NCBI GenBank assembly: GCA_963669175.1
Contig: OY769902.1
Location: forward strand, 4,832,001 to 4,896,000
Reading direction: 5' to 3'
Origin: a bacterium
GTDB lineage: Bacteria; Electryoneota; Electryoneia; Electryoneales; Electryoneaceae
DNA: 64,000 bases
This document shows, one piece after another, positions 29,875-39,274 of this stretch. The notes under the pieces are model-generated. The model had not been told where the DNA came from. It did no database searches and saw only the letters and a list, made by a program, of their open reading frames with translations. The translations under genes were made by a program, and so were the position numbers. Each line of letters begins with the position of its first letter. Position 1 is the stretch's first letter.

Positions 29875-32754
29875 CTAAAACTTGTACGTGTACCTGAGCA
29901 TCATGGTCAGGTCATCACGTTTGAACGACGGTATCGGTTGCGCGAAAGTGACCGTGGTCGTTCCATCCGTATTGGTAACCGTTTCCGATTGCGAACTGAA
30001 TTCCGCGCCATTCCAATACCTTACCCGGTTGGCTTCCGTATAGGCTGACATGCTGACATCCGCCCGTACCAAGTGGTTGGGCATAAATTCCCATTCCACA
30101 CCGCCGATCCAGTCAATTCTCTGGAAATCGAGCAGCAGGTCTTTCGGAGTGGTCAGGTTCAGCGAGTCAATCTGGGCAGCCAGGGTCGGGTCGGTGATGT
30201 CATAACCTTCACGTTCCAGCAATTCCTGCGGACTGTACGGACTGTAGTTCCTTGTACCGACGCCATGAGTCAAACGTGGTCCGACAAACGGGCGCAGGGT
30301 ATTGTTCATGAAGTTGAATTGCAGTCGCAGGTTGAAGGCGTCATACCCGATATCGGTCAAGCCGTCCTGCCCCTGCTGGTTCACTCGGGAATAATAAACC
30401 GTGCTGATGATCGGCAGATCATAGAACGAACTCCTGAATGACAGGTTGTAGTTCTGCTGATCGCTTTGGTTCAGATCGTTGAATTTATCTTCTTTCATGG
30501 ATTGCACGACTTGCAGGGTGAATTCATTGTTGGCGCCAAACATGGCCCGGTTATAGGTCAGGTTTCCCGAATAACGATTCTCGGTATAGTCCTTCCTGTC
30601 ATCGATTTCCAGTGAATCTTCCGGGGCATCCGGATCGCCCTGGGCGATCCAGCGCTGTTCAGCATCGTTGGAGATATGGTCGTTTTGCCAATTGAACGAC
30701 AAATTGGGCAATGACGGATCAGAATAAATGTCAAACCCAAGGTTAAACCTCATTGAGGTCTTGGTGTTCTCATTGCCGCCAATCACGTTATCCCGGAAGA
30801 CATCAATGCCGCCTTTCAGGTGCAGCGCGCTGTCAAACAGCCGCCAGCGATCCCGCAAGCGGACACCTTCACGGTCCTGCGCGAGCGACGGCATGGCAAT
30901 TGATTTAAAGCTCTTGTTGATGCGATATACTTCCGCCTGGATATTGTGGTTGAAGTAACGCAGTCCCAACCGGGTTCTGAAAGACAATGAACGATCCAGA
31001 ACTGTACTCAACGCCTCGCCGAAATCACCAGCCTCATCGGTCAGTACCGGATCAAAATGCTGATTGATATAAATCAGATCCTGATATTGCCTGTAGGAAT
31101 CCATCACCGGATCAGAGATATCATCATTGTACAATGACATGGCAACTGCCGCGGACAGGGTCACTCGTCTGCGATCCGCGAAGGCTTTGAAATCCATACC
31201 TGCAACAAGATTGTCCTTGGGTTTGGTGCCGTAATCGATGGATGATTCATCATCCTTGGCTTTCATCACAGTCAAGCCAAGTGTAAAATATTTTGGGTGC
31301 TGCACATAGGTACGAAAAGCGCCCATCCAGCGACGGTATGTTCCTGAAGTCCAGGATGTATCAGCCATCAGCAGTGGGTTATTCGGGTCGCTCTCGTCGA
31401 TGTAATACGCGAGATACTGCCTTGGATCAACAGCCCTGCGTTGCTCACCATAGATAGCCTTCGCTCCGAAATACTGACCGTTGTAGGCCATTTCCATACC
31501 ACGCGTTCTGCGTCCCCACAGAACCAACTCATTATACATGGGATTGACATCACCCAATTGCAGGGTAACATCTTTGTACTGTACGCTCCCGTGGAAACGA
31601 TGCTGCGGTTGCAGTCGTTTATTCTCTTCGCTGGATATTGTGGTTCTCGCGGAAAACTTCCAATCCCCTCTACGCGCCCCGATTGCAGCCGTTTCCCTGG
31701 CAATGCGAAGCAGATCGTCGTTGACATTCTGGTAAATCAGTTCAACACCGGCGCGCCCGCTTACCTCAGTCCATTCAGTTTTTACGGACGTTTTGCTTTT
31801 TGTCGTATAACTCCAGTTCAGAACGCTTCTTGCCGGTGAATCTGATGTAGCTTTCCGTTGAAGGACGATGTTATGGTTTCCTGATGTAGTCGTCTTCACC
31901 GGAAGAACAACCACTTCATTGGTGATCGTGGCTTCTGAAGTCCTGTCAACCCCATCGACCATTACCATCAGGTTGGCAGGGTTAATCTTGGTCTGACTTG
32001 GATTCATCGAAATCGCAACCAGGTACTCATCCGCGACCAGCTCCTGATCCGGTCGCGGTGAAAGCACCATGAATCCCTTTGCCTGCGTACCTGTCGCCAC
32101 AAGCTGGTTGGGTTTCATGAACTGCGATTCTATCTGCTTCTCACTCAAGTCAACATCCAAAGGCTGGATTTGTGACACAGAAGCGATCAGCGAATCGATG
32201 TATGCTTGCGAGATTCCCGGTGCGACCATGGCAATCTCGGGTTCCGGCTCGGGTTCCGGTTCTTTCCTGGTGACCGGTTGGGGTCTTGGTTTGGGGCGTA
32301 CGGGCTGCTCAGCGACTCGTTTCGGCTTTGCTTCAACCGGCTTTTCCTGTATGGTCACTTTTGCCGGTGACAACGACGGGTTTTCAGCAGGCACTGAAAT
32401 GGTTTTCCCACTTGCCAGCTTCCCGACGATATAGTACTCCAGCGCCCCTGCCTGCGACGAATCCGTTGGGATCGAGGCTTCATAGACTCCATCCTTCTCG
32501 CTGAAGGACATGGAAGCATAGTCAGCCTCGCCCGCTTTCCGATAGAACAACTCCAGCGAAACTACCTTATCATCAGCCTTTTCGCTAAGTTGGTCTACGG
32601 ACACACGGATAGTGACCGGCAGTCCCGCTGTGGTAGTCGAAACAGGTTCGATATCCAGCTTCGCCGATGGTCCCGCCTGTTTCTTCGAACAGGACAGACA
32701 GGCAACCAGCATCAGTGCTGCTGCCAGAAGCAGCATGTAGCGTAACGACTTCAC
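29875..32754 (-). CDS. Putative lipoprotein with Ig-like N-domain, Pro/Glu/Lys-rich linker and large C-terminal outer-membrane beta-barrel
   Basis: Likely GTG start at 32754 after GGGGAG (the track starts at 32790). MKSLRYMLLLAAALMLVAC lipobox, KPKRVAEQPVRPKPRPQPVTRKEPEPEPEPE linker, many amphipathic strands, C-terminal YTYKF. Confidence 0.75.
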   Translation of the reverse strand: MKSLRYMLLLAAALMLVACLSCSKKQAGPSAKLDIEPVSTTTAGLPVTIRVSVDQLSEKADDKVVSLELFYRKAGEADYASMSFSEKDGVYEASIPTDSSQAGALEYYIVGKLASGKTISVPAENPSLSPAKVTIQEKPVEAKPKRVAEQPVRPKPRPQPVTRKEPEPEPEPEIAMVAPGISQAYIDSLIASVSQIQPLDVDLSEKQIESQFMKPNQLVATGTQAKGFMVLSPRPDQELVADEYLVAISMNPSQTKINPANLMVMVDGVDRTSEATITNEVVVLPVKTTTSGNHNIVLQRKATSDSPARSVLNWSYTTKSKTSVKTEWTEVSGRAGVELIYQNVNDDLLRIARETAAIGARRGDWKFSARTTISSEENKRLQPQHRFHGSVQYKDVTLQLGDVNPMYNELVLWGRRTRGMEMAYNGQYFGAKAIYGEQRRAVDPRQYLAYYIDESDPNNPLLMADTSWTSGTYRRWMGAFRTYVQHPKYFTLGLTVMKAKDDESSIDYGTKPKDNLVAGMDFKAFADRRRVTLSAAVAMSLYNDDISDPVMDSYRQYQDLIYINQHFDPVLTDEAGDFGEALSTVLDRSLSFRTRLGLRYFNHNIQAEVYRINKSFKSIAMPSLAQDREGVRLRDRWRLFDSALHLKGGIDVFRDNVIGGNENTKTSMRFNLGFDIYSDPSLPNLSFNWQNDHISNDAEQRWIAQGDPDAPEDSLEIDDRKDYTENRYSGNLTYNRAMFGANNEFTLQVVQSMKEDKFNDLNQSDQQNYNLSFRSSFYDLPIISTVYYSRVNQQGQDGLTDIGYDAFNLRLQFNFMNNTLRPFVGPRLTHGVGTRNYSPYSPQELLEREGYDITDPTLAAQIDSLNLTTPKDLLLDFQRIDWIGGVEWEFMPNHLVRADVSMSAYTEANRVRYWNGAEFSSQSETVTNTDGTTTVTFAQPIPSFKRDDLTMMLRYTYKF

Positions 32755-32869
32755 GATACGCTCCCCATTGGTTTTACCCCTCCCCAACAAGCCGGTCCCT
32801 CAACCAGCCTGGAACAACAAAGTTCCTATACAACTCGTGCTGCGTTTTTTAATCGGATAGCGTCATCCA

Positions 32870-33574
32870 CTATTCTTCTCCGCCTGCATCCTGGTAATTG
32901 ATGATCAGTGTCCGCACGTTTCCTTCTTCATCTGTATACTCGATTTCTATGGTCTTCGGCATCGCTTCATTGATGAATTGCGGCAGGTTCTCCGCAGTAT
33001 ACCCACCCACTCCAACATCACCATCAGCGCCCGATGTGCCACGCTGTCCCTGGCCGACATCCATATTCAGGCCGCTCAACAGGTTCATCAGGTCAACGAT
33101 ACCTTCCAGAGTCAGAACATCCGTAGTGCCATCCGCATTCACCATCACCCAGAACTGTGTGCCTTTCACAGCAGCGACAGAGGTTGGCGTTGCCACTTCC
33201 ATGCTTCCCTTCTGTTGGGAAACATTGGTAAACAGCTCACCCACTTCCATGGAAACACGTTTGTTCAGGGAATAGTCATCGTTTCTTTGGGCAGTAACAA
33301 CAATGTCACTGTTCGGACGGATTTTCAGTTCGGTACGATCATCGGTAAACACAAGTGCAATAAAGCCTTCCGTACCTGTTCTCAGCTTGTCGCCATCGTC
33401 GAGCACCAACCCGAAAGAGAGTGGTTTCCAGTTCTGGCCAGCTTTCTGATACTCGGCTTCACCCTGGACCATAGTCACCACTGCGATGGTCTTTGCGTTT
33501 TCTGCAAACGCGAATGAGCCGAACAGAATCAGCCCACACAAAGTCCAAAGGAATACACTTTTTGCAATGTTCAT
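32870..33574 (-). CDS. Secreted FecR-domain protein
   Basis: Signal peptide ending AFA|E. FecR-family motifs GDKLRTG and VATPTSVAAVKGTQFWV...TLEGIV. Confidence 0.85.
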   Translation of the reverse strand: MNIAKSVFLWTLCGLILFGSFAFAENAKTIAVVTMVQGEAEYQKAGQNWKPLSFGLVLDDGDKLRTGTEGFIALVFTDDRTELKIRPNSDIVVTAQRNDDYSLNKRVSMEVGELFTNVSQQKGSMEVATPTSVAAVKGTQFWVMVNADGTTDVLTLEGIVDLMNLLSGLNMDVGQGQRGTSGADGDVGVGGYTAENLPQFINEAMPKTIEIEYTDEEGNVRTLIINYQDAGGEE

Positions 33575-33654
33575 GACTCTACCTCTTCCGTGAACCGATT
33601 CTACGGTTCATCTCCCGTGGACAAGCCCCCTCAATACCTTGCCCCGACATCCTT

Positions 33655-35208
33655 CTATTCATCACCAGCGACAAGCACTGTGATCACTTCAAATCCCTCC
33701 TGGCGCACCAGGTTTGAAAGGTCGGATATGGAATAACCAGCCTGGTCATCAATCCTGATTGTCCCCGGACTGAAGCCTGACAACTGCTCCATAACAGATT
33801 CATATTGACCGGATGTCAGGATGGATTGCAGCAAAGCGGCAACCTGCTGAGCGTTCTGATCCCCTCCGCCTCCGGGTTCATTGTCCGGTGACGGTTCATT
33901 TCCGGGACCATTATCCTCCTGACGGTTGAAATAGAAGCTTGCAGCATCAGAAACGTATTCTGTCTGCGTTTCCGGATCCATCATACCGACCTGCCAATAA
34001 TACCAGATGCCACTGCGAAGTGCGGTATTACCGGTTTCGTTATACATGTAACTGCCCACAACAACCGGACTGGTATTGACCAGGGTATTGCCGGGGCCGG
34101 CGCCCTCGATAGCCGCGAGCGCATCATCCGATTCTTCACTTCCCTCTACCAGTTTGATCCACCAGTTTTCGGCGCTGATATCATCCCCGTTCCAATTCCA
34201 ACTGAAACCAACAGGCGCATCTTCAACAGTGCTGCCATCCATCGGGCTTGAAAGCGTAATCGCCCAGTCCTCAGCTTGCCCACCTTCCATCTGGAATGCG
34301 AAGATTTCACTCGCGTATTCTTCTTCACCCCCAGGCACAATGGAAGGCACGTCCGCAAACACCTGCCAGTAATACCATTGTCCTTCTGTAAGCGGCTCTT
34401 CCTCTCCCGCCATACCGGTGTACAGGTGCATGGTAGTGGTGGTGGGTTGTCCTTCATAGCGCGTGTTCAACGAGGTGCGTGTCTCCATCACCGTTTCACC
34501 GTCAGAACCGGCCGGTCCCTCCGCAACAACAAGCGTCCAGTCGCTGGGCAGTGTGGCGCCGCCGCTCCAGTCCCAGGAGAATTCTACCGGAAGCTCAAGT
34601 CCCTGCTCAAAATGAGCTGGATTCTGAAGTTCCGGTGGCGTGGGGTTGTACACCTGGACAGTGTTGTTGAAGGTGGATAGAAGCGTGTTGGTTCGACTTT
34701 CATAGACCTGGAAACTGATTGTGAATGTGCTGGTGACAAGAAAGCCACCTTCAATCAGATCAAGCAGCTCATCTGTGGTAGAGTAGTAGGTCTGGTGCAG
34801 ATTGGTGTAAAACCAGTCAGACCCTTCTGAAAGCTCTGCGATTTCAAGGTTGGAGTATTGTCCGTTTCCATGAACACTGAACCAGTCGGAAAGTGTGAAC
34901 GGATACGAGACAAAATTGATCATTCGTTCTCCGCCAAGTTCGCCGGTAATGTGGATATAAACGCGTTTTGGACGGTCAACTGGGTCGGCAATGATCTGGA
35001 TATAGAAAAACTCTTCGATGGCGTCCAGCGATAATTCGCCTCCAGTTTCGAGGCTTTCCAGATCAATGAGCTGGCCTGCCGGAACCACGAGGAAGCGGTT
35101 CTGATAAAAACCGACTTCTGCAGTTACCGTACCAAAACTCCTGGCCGGCAAAATAATGACTGCCAGCAGCAACATTATGGATAGCTTGCACGTTCGATAC
35201 CTGCTCAT
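33655..35208 (-). CDS. Secreted hypothetical protein with two FN3/Ig-like domains
   Basis: 517 aa with a signal peptide. Two repeats of L-x-x-P...V-x-FSW-x-W...WYYWQV...S-x-x-x-x-F, and a Gly/Pro linker before the C-terminal domain. Confidence 0.8.
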   Translation of the reverse strand: MSRYRTCKLSIMLLLAVIILPARSFGTVTAEVGFYQNRFLVVPAGQLIDLESLETGGELSLDAIEEFFYIQIIADPVDRPKRVYIHITGELGGERMINFVSYPFTLSDWFSVHGNGQYSNLEIAELSEGSDWFYTNLHQTYYSTTDELLDLIEGGFLVTSTFTISFQVYESRTNTLLSTFNNTVQVYNPTPPELQNPAHFEQGLELPVEFSWDWSGGATLPSDWTLVVAEGPAGSDGETVMETRTSLNTRYEGQPTTTTMHLYTGMAGEEEPLTEGQWYYWQVFADVPSIVPGGEEEYASEIFAFQMEGGQAEDWAITLSSPMDGSTVEDAPVGFSWNWNGDDISAENWWIKLVEGSEESDDALAAIEGAGPGNTLVNTSPVVVGSYMYNETGNTALRSGIWYYWQVGMMDPETQTEYVSDAASFYFNRQEDNGPGNEPSPDNEPGGGGDQNAQQVAALLQSILTSGQYESVMEQLSGFSPGTIRIDDQAGYSISDLSNLVRQEGFEVITVLVAGDE

Positions 35209-36343
35209 ATCGAAACCTCGCTCTGGTTTAGCGTAAACATTGGAAGAGCTGCATGGTCAGCCATAGCTGTCTTCCGAGACGTAACGATCCCACCAGGGAT
35301 CTCATCCCCGAAAATCCGCACCAATGGCACAGCTTTCGAGAGGAAGTTTTGCGGTGGGAAACACAATTCTGGCAACCCGGACATCCCCAACCTCCCGCTG
35401 GGGTCCACCATCCCTCGCCGATACCTGAATTCTCCTGCCAATCGGGAGAATAAAACACCTGCCGCATTAATATAGTATAGAGCATACCCGTAGTTCCACG
35501 AGTGCGACCTCGCCGAAACACTTTTTTTCAGAAAAACATGAAAAATCGATAAGCCAAAGGCTAATCCGAGATAATGACTCCAGTTACTATTCATGACCTC
35601 CCCTCAGGCCGTAGTTGGAGTTTGACAATGGAACATAAGAACAAGAAAAACACAAAACTGTGAGCCCCGTCATTGAGGTACCTCACACATTTCGAATTAT
35701 GACACTACTCAACCATGCAACAATCCGTTAAATCTGCGAAAAATCACGGCTATATCAACTGATGACACAGGCTAATCAAGGCATCTTTTTCCCCATACAT
35801 CCACACCTTGCCGCCCAGAATCTTCACAATTCCTGCAAACCTTGTTCGATAGCTTTTTCTTTGAAACCACACACTGCTACATCACATAATTACAATATTT
35901 TACTCTCGTTTCGGCTTTTCAGAACCAGAAAATGCCAAACTTCTTTGTTATGATTCCTTTACATTTTCACAGAAATCCCTTTCGCCCCCCCCCAGAGAAT
36001 GGACTACCCGATAGCCCTTTATAAAAACAAAATCGGTATAGTTGAAACAGAATTTATCTACCTGTTATTTCAGGGTTTCACTCAACACACCCCACCACAC
36101 TATGATCGACAATTACTGACAGAAATATTCAGCAACTTTCATTTCCCAAACAAATCACATACTGATCCTCCCCTTCGAAACCCATAATCATGGCAATATT
36201 CACACCCGGCCTTTGAATATGCTCCTGGAGGAAACATGACTGTTGCTTCCGAGGTCAGACCTTCCGTACTCTTGCGGAAACGATTGCATCTATTTCGTTT
36301 ATTCGTTTTAGCGTTTTATCGTTTCACACGAAAGCCATGACTG

Positions 36344-37032
36344 ATGCGTGATCCACATGATTTTGTCGAGTATTCCGGTTTAACTCTCGCCCAATGGGAG
36401 AAGGCGCTTCCTTTTTTAACGGAAGCAGAAACGCTTTTTGTTCGGTACGGTTTCAAGAAGACGACCATCGAAGATATTTGTCGTGCAGTTGGCGCTTCGA
36501 AACGAACCTTCTATGAGCTGTTCGATAACAAGATTGATATTGCGATGAAGTTGGCGCTTCATGTGATCAGTCACATGACAAATTCTCGTGACGATGAAAT
36601 AGCCAGAACAGAATCAGCGGCAGAAGCGTTCTGTCTTAGGTTGATGCTTATTTCGAAGTCAGTCGTGAACATCCGTATTTCAAGGTTCTACTTACGGATC
36701 CCGATTTACTGACAGCCATGTCCTCTTTTTCAATCGAGTTTATGGATGTCCCGTATATCAAGCTGCTTCAGGAGATCCTTGTGCGTGGTGTAGACAACGG
36801 TGAGTTCAGGAAACTTGACCCGAATCATGTCAGCCTGATGATTGCCGGTATGTTGGACAGCCTGGTATTCGTTTTGCCCGAGTTCATGCACTTGCCGGGA
36901 CCGTTGGAAAATCAGGCTATGGAACGAGAGCTGCGTGAATTTTTACTTGCTGCGATTCTGAAACGCAGCGAAAGCGTTGAACAGAGAATCAACAGTCTTT
37001 GCAGGATTGGCGGACCTGAATTGAAGTCCTGA
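36344..37032 (+). pseudogene. TetR/AcrR-family regulator split by a single-base frameshift near 36640
   Basis: ORF1 has the TetR HTH (AETLFVRYGFKKTTIEDICRAVGASKRTFYELFDNK). Adding one base at cttagg|ttgat joins it to an open frame VDAYFEVSREHPYFKVLLTDPDLLTAMSSF...GVDNGEFRKLDP, a typical TetR C-domain. Confidence 0.8.
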
Positions 37033-37070
37033 CGGATGTAGTTTTTTGTTTTGATACCCTGGAGGAAAAC

Positions 37071-37829
37071 GTGAAAAGATACATGTTTTTAATACTGGCA
37101 TTGGCATTGACAATCAGCGCCTGCCCTTTGTTCGCCCAGCCTGATGCAAAAGAGATCATTCGCAGGGCGGATCAGCACATGCGTGGCGAAACCAATATCA
37201 CTGAAATGCACATGCAGGTTGTGCGCCCTGATTATACCCGTGAAATAGGCATGAAGAGCTGGCAGAAAGGCGCCAGCTATGCGTTGATCTACATAACCGA
37301 ACCGGCACGCGACAAAGGCACCACTTTTCTCAAACGTGGCAACGAGGTCTGGAACTATATCCCGTCCGTGGAAAAAGTGATCAAACTGCCCCCCTCCATG
37401 ATGATGCAGTCCTGGATGGGATCTGATTTTACCAACGATGACCTGGTTAAGGAATCCTCCATCGTCAACGATTACTCACACGAGCTTGTCGGTGAGGAAA
37501 CGATCGACGGCCGTGACTGCTGGGTTGTGTCCATGATTCCCAATCCTGATGCGGCGGTTGTATGGGGCAAGGTGAAAATGTGGGTGACCAAAGAACATGA
37601 CATGCAGCTCAAAATCGAGTTTTACGATGAAGACATGGAACTTGTAAATGTGATGAATGCGACTGACGTGAAGACCCTGGGGGGACGTATGCTGCCGACT
37701 CATTGGGAGATGGTGCCCCAGGATAAAGACGGCCACAAAACGATTATGATCTATAACAACGCTGAATTCAACACAAACTTGAATGATAATATTTTCACCG
37801 AACAGTACATGAAACGAGTAAGACCGTGA
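37071..37829 (+). CDS. Outer-membrane lipoprotein-sorting (LolA-like) periplasmic protein
   Basis: Signal peptide, motifs PARDKGTTFLK and WMGSDFTNDDLV, GGAGG RBS. Confidence 0.88.
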   Translation: MKRYMFLILALALTISACPLFAQPDAKEIIRRADQHMRGETNITEMHMQVVRPDYTREIGMKSWQKGASYALIYITEPARDKGTTFLKRGNEVWNYIPSVEKVIKLPPSMMMQSWMGSDFTNDDLVKESSIVNDYSHELVGEETIDGRDCWVVSMIPNPDAAVVWGKVKMWVTKEHDMQLKIEFYDEDMELVNVMNATDVKTLGGRMLPTHWEMVPQDKDGHKTIMIYNNAEFNTNLNDNIFTEQYMKRVRP

Positions 37830-37834
37830 TACTC

Positions 37835-37866
37835 AATTAGGAATTAGGAATTAGGAATTAGGAATT
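37835..37866 (+). repeat. (AATTAGG)4 heptamer tandem repeat
   Basis: Read directly, just after the stop of the LolA-like gene. Confidence 0.95.
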
Positions 37867-38037
37867 GCTTTAATATTGTATATACACTATAGTACGTAAT
37901 ATGCTGTGAAAAATAACTATTTTACTTTAATATGACTTTAGTACTTTTCAACTTTGTAACTTTCAGACTTTGTAACTTTCAGACTTTTTTTCACTGATAT
38001 CATTTTTCATTTTTTCACTTATACAGAAGAGCCCAAC

Positions 38038-39255
38038 ATGTACTTCAGTCTTGCATGGCGAAACATCTGGCGGAACAAGAAGCGGAGCTTCATCACGATA
38101 GCGTCTGTATTCTGCGCTGTGTTCTTTGCCTTGTTCATGCGATCGCTGCAAGTGGGTGTTTTTAAGAACACGGTGGAAAACATGACGTCCTTCTCTTGCG
38201 GCTACATCCAGGTTCATGCCGAAGGTTATCAGAAGCTGATGTCAATCAACAACACATTTGCCAACACACAGCAGGTGATCGAACAAGTTGAAACGCTGCC
38301 CTATGTAACTCATGCGGTCCCTCGTCTGGAATCGGCAGTCATTGCGGCGTCTGACGACAAATCGGAAGTCGCCCTGATTGTAGGAGTAGATCCGGAGCGT
38401 GAAAACCGGATGAACGGGCTTTCCGGTCGAGTTCGGTCCGGTAATTATTTCTCCCCGGAAAAGCAGGGCGTTTTAATTGGCGAAGGTTTGGCCGAGAATC
38501 TTGGCATCGGGATTGGCGATGAGGTTGTTCTGCTCGGGCAGGGCTACCACGGTGTAACTGCTGCCGGATCGTATACAATCATCGGTATCTTGAAATACCC
38601 GGTCCCTGAGATGAACAATCGTGCCATTGCGATGACAATTTCGGATGCTCAGGTCTTATTTGACGCTCCCGATCGTGCGACGAGCCTGTCGGTCATGCTT
38701 ACGGATGACAAATATACCGATAGAGGACGTTCGGAAATTGAGGTTATGCTTGGGGATACGTTTGAAGTTTTCACTTGGCGGACCACGCTGAAAGAGCTGG
38801 CGCAGATGGTGACTACCAAGTATGTGAGCTCGTGGATTATTCTGATGATCCTGTATATGGTTGTGGGTTTCGGGATCTTCGGTACTGTGCTTATGATGAC
38901 GCTGGAGCGTTTGCGTGAATATGGTATCCTGATCGCGATAGGGATGAAGAAACGCTTGCTGATGATCATTTCGGTCTGTGAAAGCATATTCCTGTCTTTG
39001 AGTGGCGTTGTCCTGGGAATCGCAGTCGCATTGCCGGCACTGGCCTGGTTGCATGTACACCCATTCCGGCTCAGCGGAGAATTGGCCGCAATGTATGAGG
39101 ATTTCGGCTTTGAACCGATTATCCCCTTCGATATTTCACCTTTACTATTCCTTGCGCACCCTATGATTGTTCTGGGGATATCGCTTGTAGTATCCATTTA
39201 CCCTGTAATTCGACTGGCATCTTTTAATCCTGTGGATGCCTTGAGGTCACATTGA
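38038..39255 (+). CDS. ABC transporter permease, LolC/E-MacB/FtsX family
   Basis: LAWRNIWRNKKRS N-terminus, large periplasmic domain, ERLREYGILIAIGM motif, four TM segments. Confidence 0.92.
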   Translation: MYFSLAWRNIWRNKKRSFITIASVFCAVFFALFMRSLQVGVFKNTVENMTSFSCGYIQVHAEGYQKLMSINNTFANTQQVIEQVETLPYVTHAVPRLESAVIAASDDKSEVALIVGVDPERENRMNGLSGRVRSGNYFSPEKQGVLIGEGLAENLGIGIGDEVVLLGQGYHGVTAAGSYTIIGILKYPVPEMNNRAIAMTISDAQVLFDAPDRATSLSVMLTDDKYTDRGRSEIEVMLGDTFEVFTWRTTLKELAQMVTTKYVSSWIILMILYMVVGFGIFGTVLMMTLERLREYGILIAIGMKKRLLMIISVCESIFLSLSGVVLGIAVALPALAWLHVHPFRLSGELAAMYEDFGFEPIIPFDISPLLFLAHPMIVLGISLVVSIYPVIRLASFNPVDALRSH

Positions 39256-39274
39256 TCAGGTAGTGAGAATTTCC

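Noticed and set aside
29621-30048. Short ORFs across the barrel-giant intergenic region
   Set aside because: They run through REP-like palindromes, and I saw no recognisable product.
35325-35400. Possible sigma-54 site (TGGCAC) or c-di-GMP-I riboswitch tail (CCGGGTTGCC on the minus strand)
   Set aside because: The -12 TTGC element is missing, and the GCAAA/GAAA core of the riboswitch is not present.
35205-36187. ORFs 35205..35594 (-), 35762..35953 and 35999..36187
   Set aside because: AT-rich divergent promoter region with atypical composition and no motifs; probably non-coding.
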